A program made the translations under genes and the position numbers. DNA of 64,000 nucleotides from an uncultured virus (IMG/VR IMGVR_UViG_3300001481_000036) (lineage: Duplodnaviria; Heunggongvirae; Uroviricota; Caudoviricetes). Shown here one piece after another: positions 62,634 to 64,000 of this stretch (position 1 is the first letter of the stretch; each line of letters opens with the position of its first letter). Under the pieces are notes generated by a model. That model did no database searches. It had not been told where the DNA came from and saw only the letters and a program-made list of their open reading frames with translations. The stretch lies in IMG/VR virus record IMGVR_UViG_3300001481_000036; one strand, given 5' to 3'.

Positions 62634-63344
62634 ATGGCAGGAATAGACAAAATATATTTAAAAAATTATACTGAGTATGAACATCTTAAGATTTTCTTAG
62701 AGAGATGTGATTCTGAGTTCTTAAAGGGATATAATTATAGCTTGTTCGGAATGTTATATGAGTTAGGCAGTTCTTATTTTAATGGGATTGATGAACATCC
62801 AGTCTCGAATTTCTCTCTAGCGGCTGATGTGTTTATTATTCATCACTTTTTAGATGAAGATATTAGCTCTATGCCTAATGTGTGGAATAGATTAAAAGAA
62901 CAGTATGGTGATGATTTTGAGTTAATTAGAAATCACACTTCTTGTTATGATAAATATAGAGTAGATTTATCAGGATGTAAGATTAAATTAGTGAAGTCTT
63001 CTAATAATAAGACACTTAGACACATCAAACGGGAACATTGGTCACATTGTTCTATTCATTTTGTCGGAAATAAGACTGCTTTTAAAAAGAAAATAATCAT
63101 AACTTATCCAGAGTTTAATTATTTCTATAGATGTTTCTATGATTGGGGAAATGGATGTAAGTATGACAGATATGATCCAGTAAACAACAACTGCTTTTGT
63201 GAAGAAACGTCTATGAAACAAATTATTAAATATATAACAAATTCAGGTTTAAAGAAAGATGATACTATTCTTGTTCATTGTTGGGACTTAAATAATGATG
63301 GAGAATATGAGAAAGAAGCCGAGTATGAGTTTATTGTTGTTTAA
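62634..63344 (+). CDS. hypothetical protein
   Basis: 236-aa ORF starting MAGIDKIY, RBS from repeat 8. Confidence 0.55.
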   Translation: MAGIDKIYLKNYTEYEHLKIFLERCDSEFLKGYNYSLFGMLYELGSSYFNGIDEHPVSNFSLAADVFIIHHFLDEDISSMPNVWNRLKEQYGDDFELIRNHTSCYDKYRVDLSGCKIKLVKSSNNKTLRHIKREHWSHCSIHFVGNKTAFKKKIIITYPEFNYFYRCFYDWGNGCKYDRYDPVNNNCFCEETSMKQIIKYITNSGLKKDDTILVHCWDLNNDGEYEKEAEYEFIVV

Positions 63345-63391
63345 GGAATTATCTTTGGTTAAAACACACCAACTAAACAAAGGAGTTAGTT

Positions 63392-63625
63392 ATGCTTCAT
63401 TATCCAACTCTGCCGAAACATAAATCCAAAAGAAAACTAAAGAAATATAGCCATTCTAAATTAAGAAAAGATAAAGCATTCTGTGGCAGGAAGGTGTACA
63501 CCTATAATATTGGAGATTATTGCTACCTCACATCAAATCCAAAACAAAAAGGAGCAAAAGCATATCCCTATAAGTATGCTTTGTGGTTAATCAGATATTA
63601 CAATGGCGTTATGGATAGGAGATGA
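63392..63625 (+). CDS. small basic hypothetical protein
   Basis: preceded by partial repeat CACACCAACT and AAAGGAGTTAGTTATG identical to the leader at 62621. Confidence 0.5.
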   Translation: MLHYPTLPKHKSKRKLKKYSHSKLRKDKAFCGRKVYTYNIGDYCYLTSNPKQKGAKAYPYKYALWLIRYYNGVMDRR

Positions 63626-63627
63626 TT

Positions 63628-63817
63628 ATGGATGAAATGATAAAATTAAGTGATGAAGATTTTGAAGAATATCGTGAGATATTTCAGGATGTCCTAGCAT
63701 TGCGTGGAGATTTTAGATTACCAAGAATTATCTGATGCCATATATGATATTCAGGAACCGTTAGATGCACTCTTTAAGGCTTTAAAGAAAATAGTTATTG
63801 ATCAGAAACAAAAATAA
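63628..63817 (+). pseudogene. small ORF with apparent frameshift in a T4 run (~63710)
   Basis: MDEMIKLSDEDFEEY... continues in another frame as YQELSDAIYDIQEPLDALFKALKK...*; could be a sequencing error. Confidence 0.4.
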
Positions 63818-63863
63818 AAAATAACAAAAACTGATTGCAAAAATCGAAAATAAGCTGTATAAA
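63805..63863 (+). promoter_or_regulatory. sigma70-type promoter with A-tract UP element
   Basis: TTGCAA (63835-40), 17-nt spacer, TATAAA (63858-63); A-tracts upstream. Confidence 0.65.
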
Positions 63864-64000
63864 GAATAAAGAGAGTGATGGTTGACGTTATCTTCGAGAA
63901 ACACAATCATCGTTTGAAACTAACTAATCAGTAATGGTGCTGATTAAACTAGGGAGATAAAGGTATGAGAGAAAGGAAAGAGTTAGAAGGTGTAATTTCT

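Noticed and set aside
1..64000. tRNA genes, DGR reverse transcriptase, integrase
   Set aside because: No cloverleaf/T-loop, YxDD reverse transcriptase or tyrosine recombinase motifs were recognised; a tRNAscan/HMM run would be needed to exclude them formally.

Overview
AT-rich segment of a large lytic dsDNA (probably jumbo/myo-type) bacteriophage of an anaerobic host; essentially all real genes are on the + strand. Left to right: putative tail/structural genes (1-5.4 kb); a replication module (5'-3' exonuclease, intein-containing SF2/SNF2-like helicase, DnaB-like helicase) interrupted by an IS607 element whose TnpB has pro-Fanzor/Fanzor2-like features; a long array of small accessory ORFs (16-43 kb) with several paralog families; an intact IscB plus omegaRNA element inserted inside a small gene; a DNA methyltransferase island; nucleotide metabolism and RNA repair genes (thyX, two deaminases, phosphoesterase plus RNA ligase, nrdD/nrdG); an HNH/NUMOD3 endonuclease and an FNT-family channel. 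The most notable unexplained structure is a ~70-bp intergenic element (GGGGAT-N~16-ATCCCC stem-loop + ACCAAYTTTACAAAAA + a second ACCAACTTT 22 bp later + RBS). It occurs at least 8 times and brackets one- or two-gene units in a cassette-like array at 16.1-19.1 kb. Also notable: an orphan, internally shortened omegaRNA-like element, IS200/605 end remnants abutting two of the repeats, and a second dispersed motif (GTRTGTCACYTRAATGAAA). All calls are from visual motif recognition; no searches were run.
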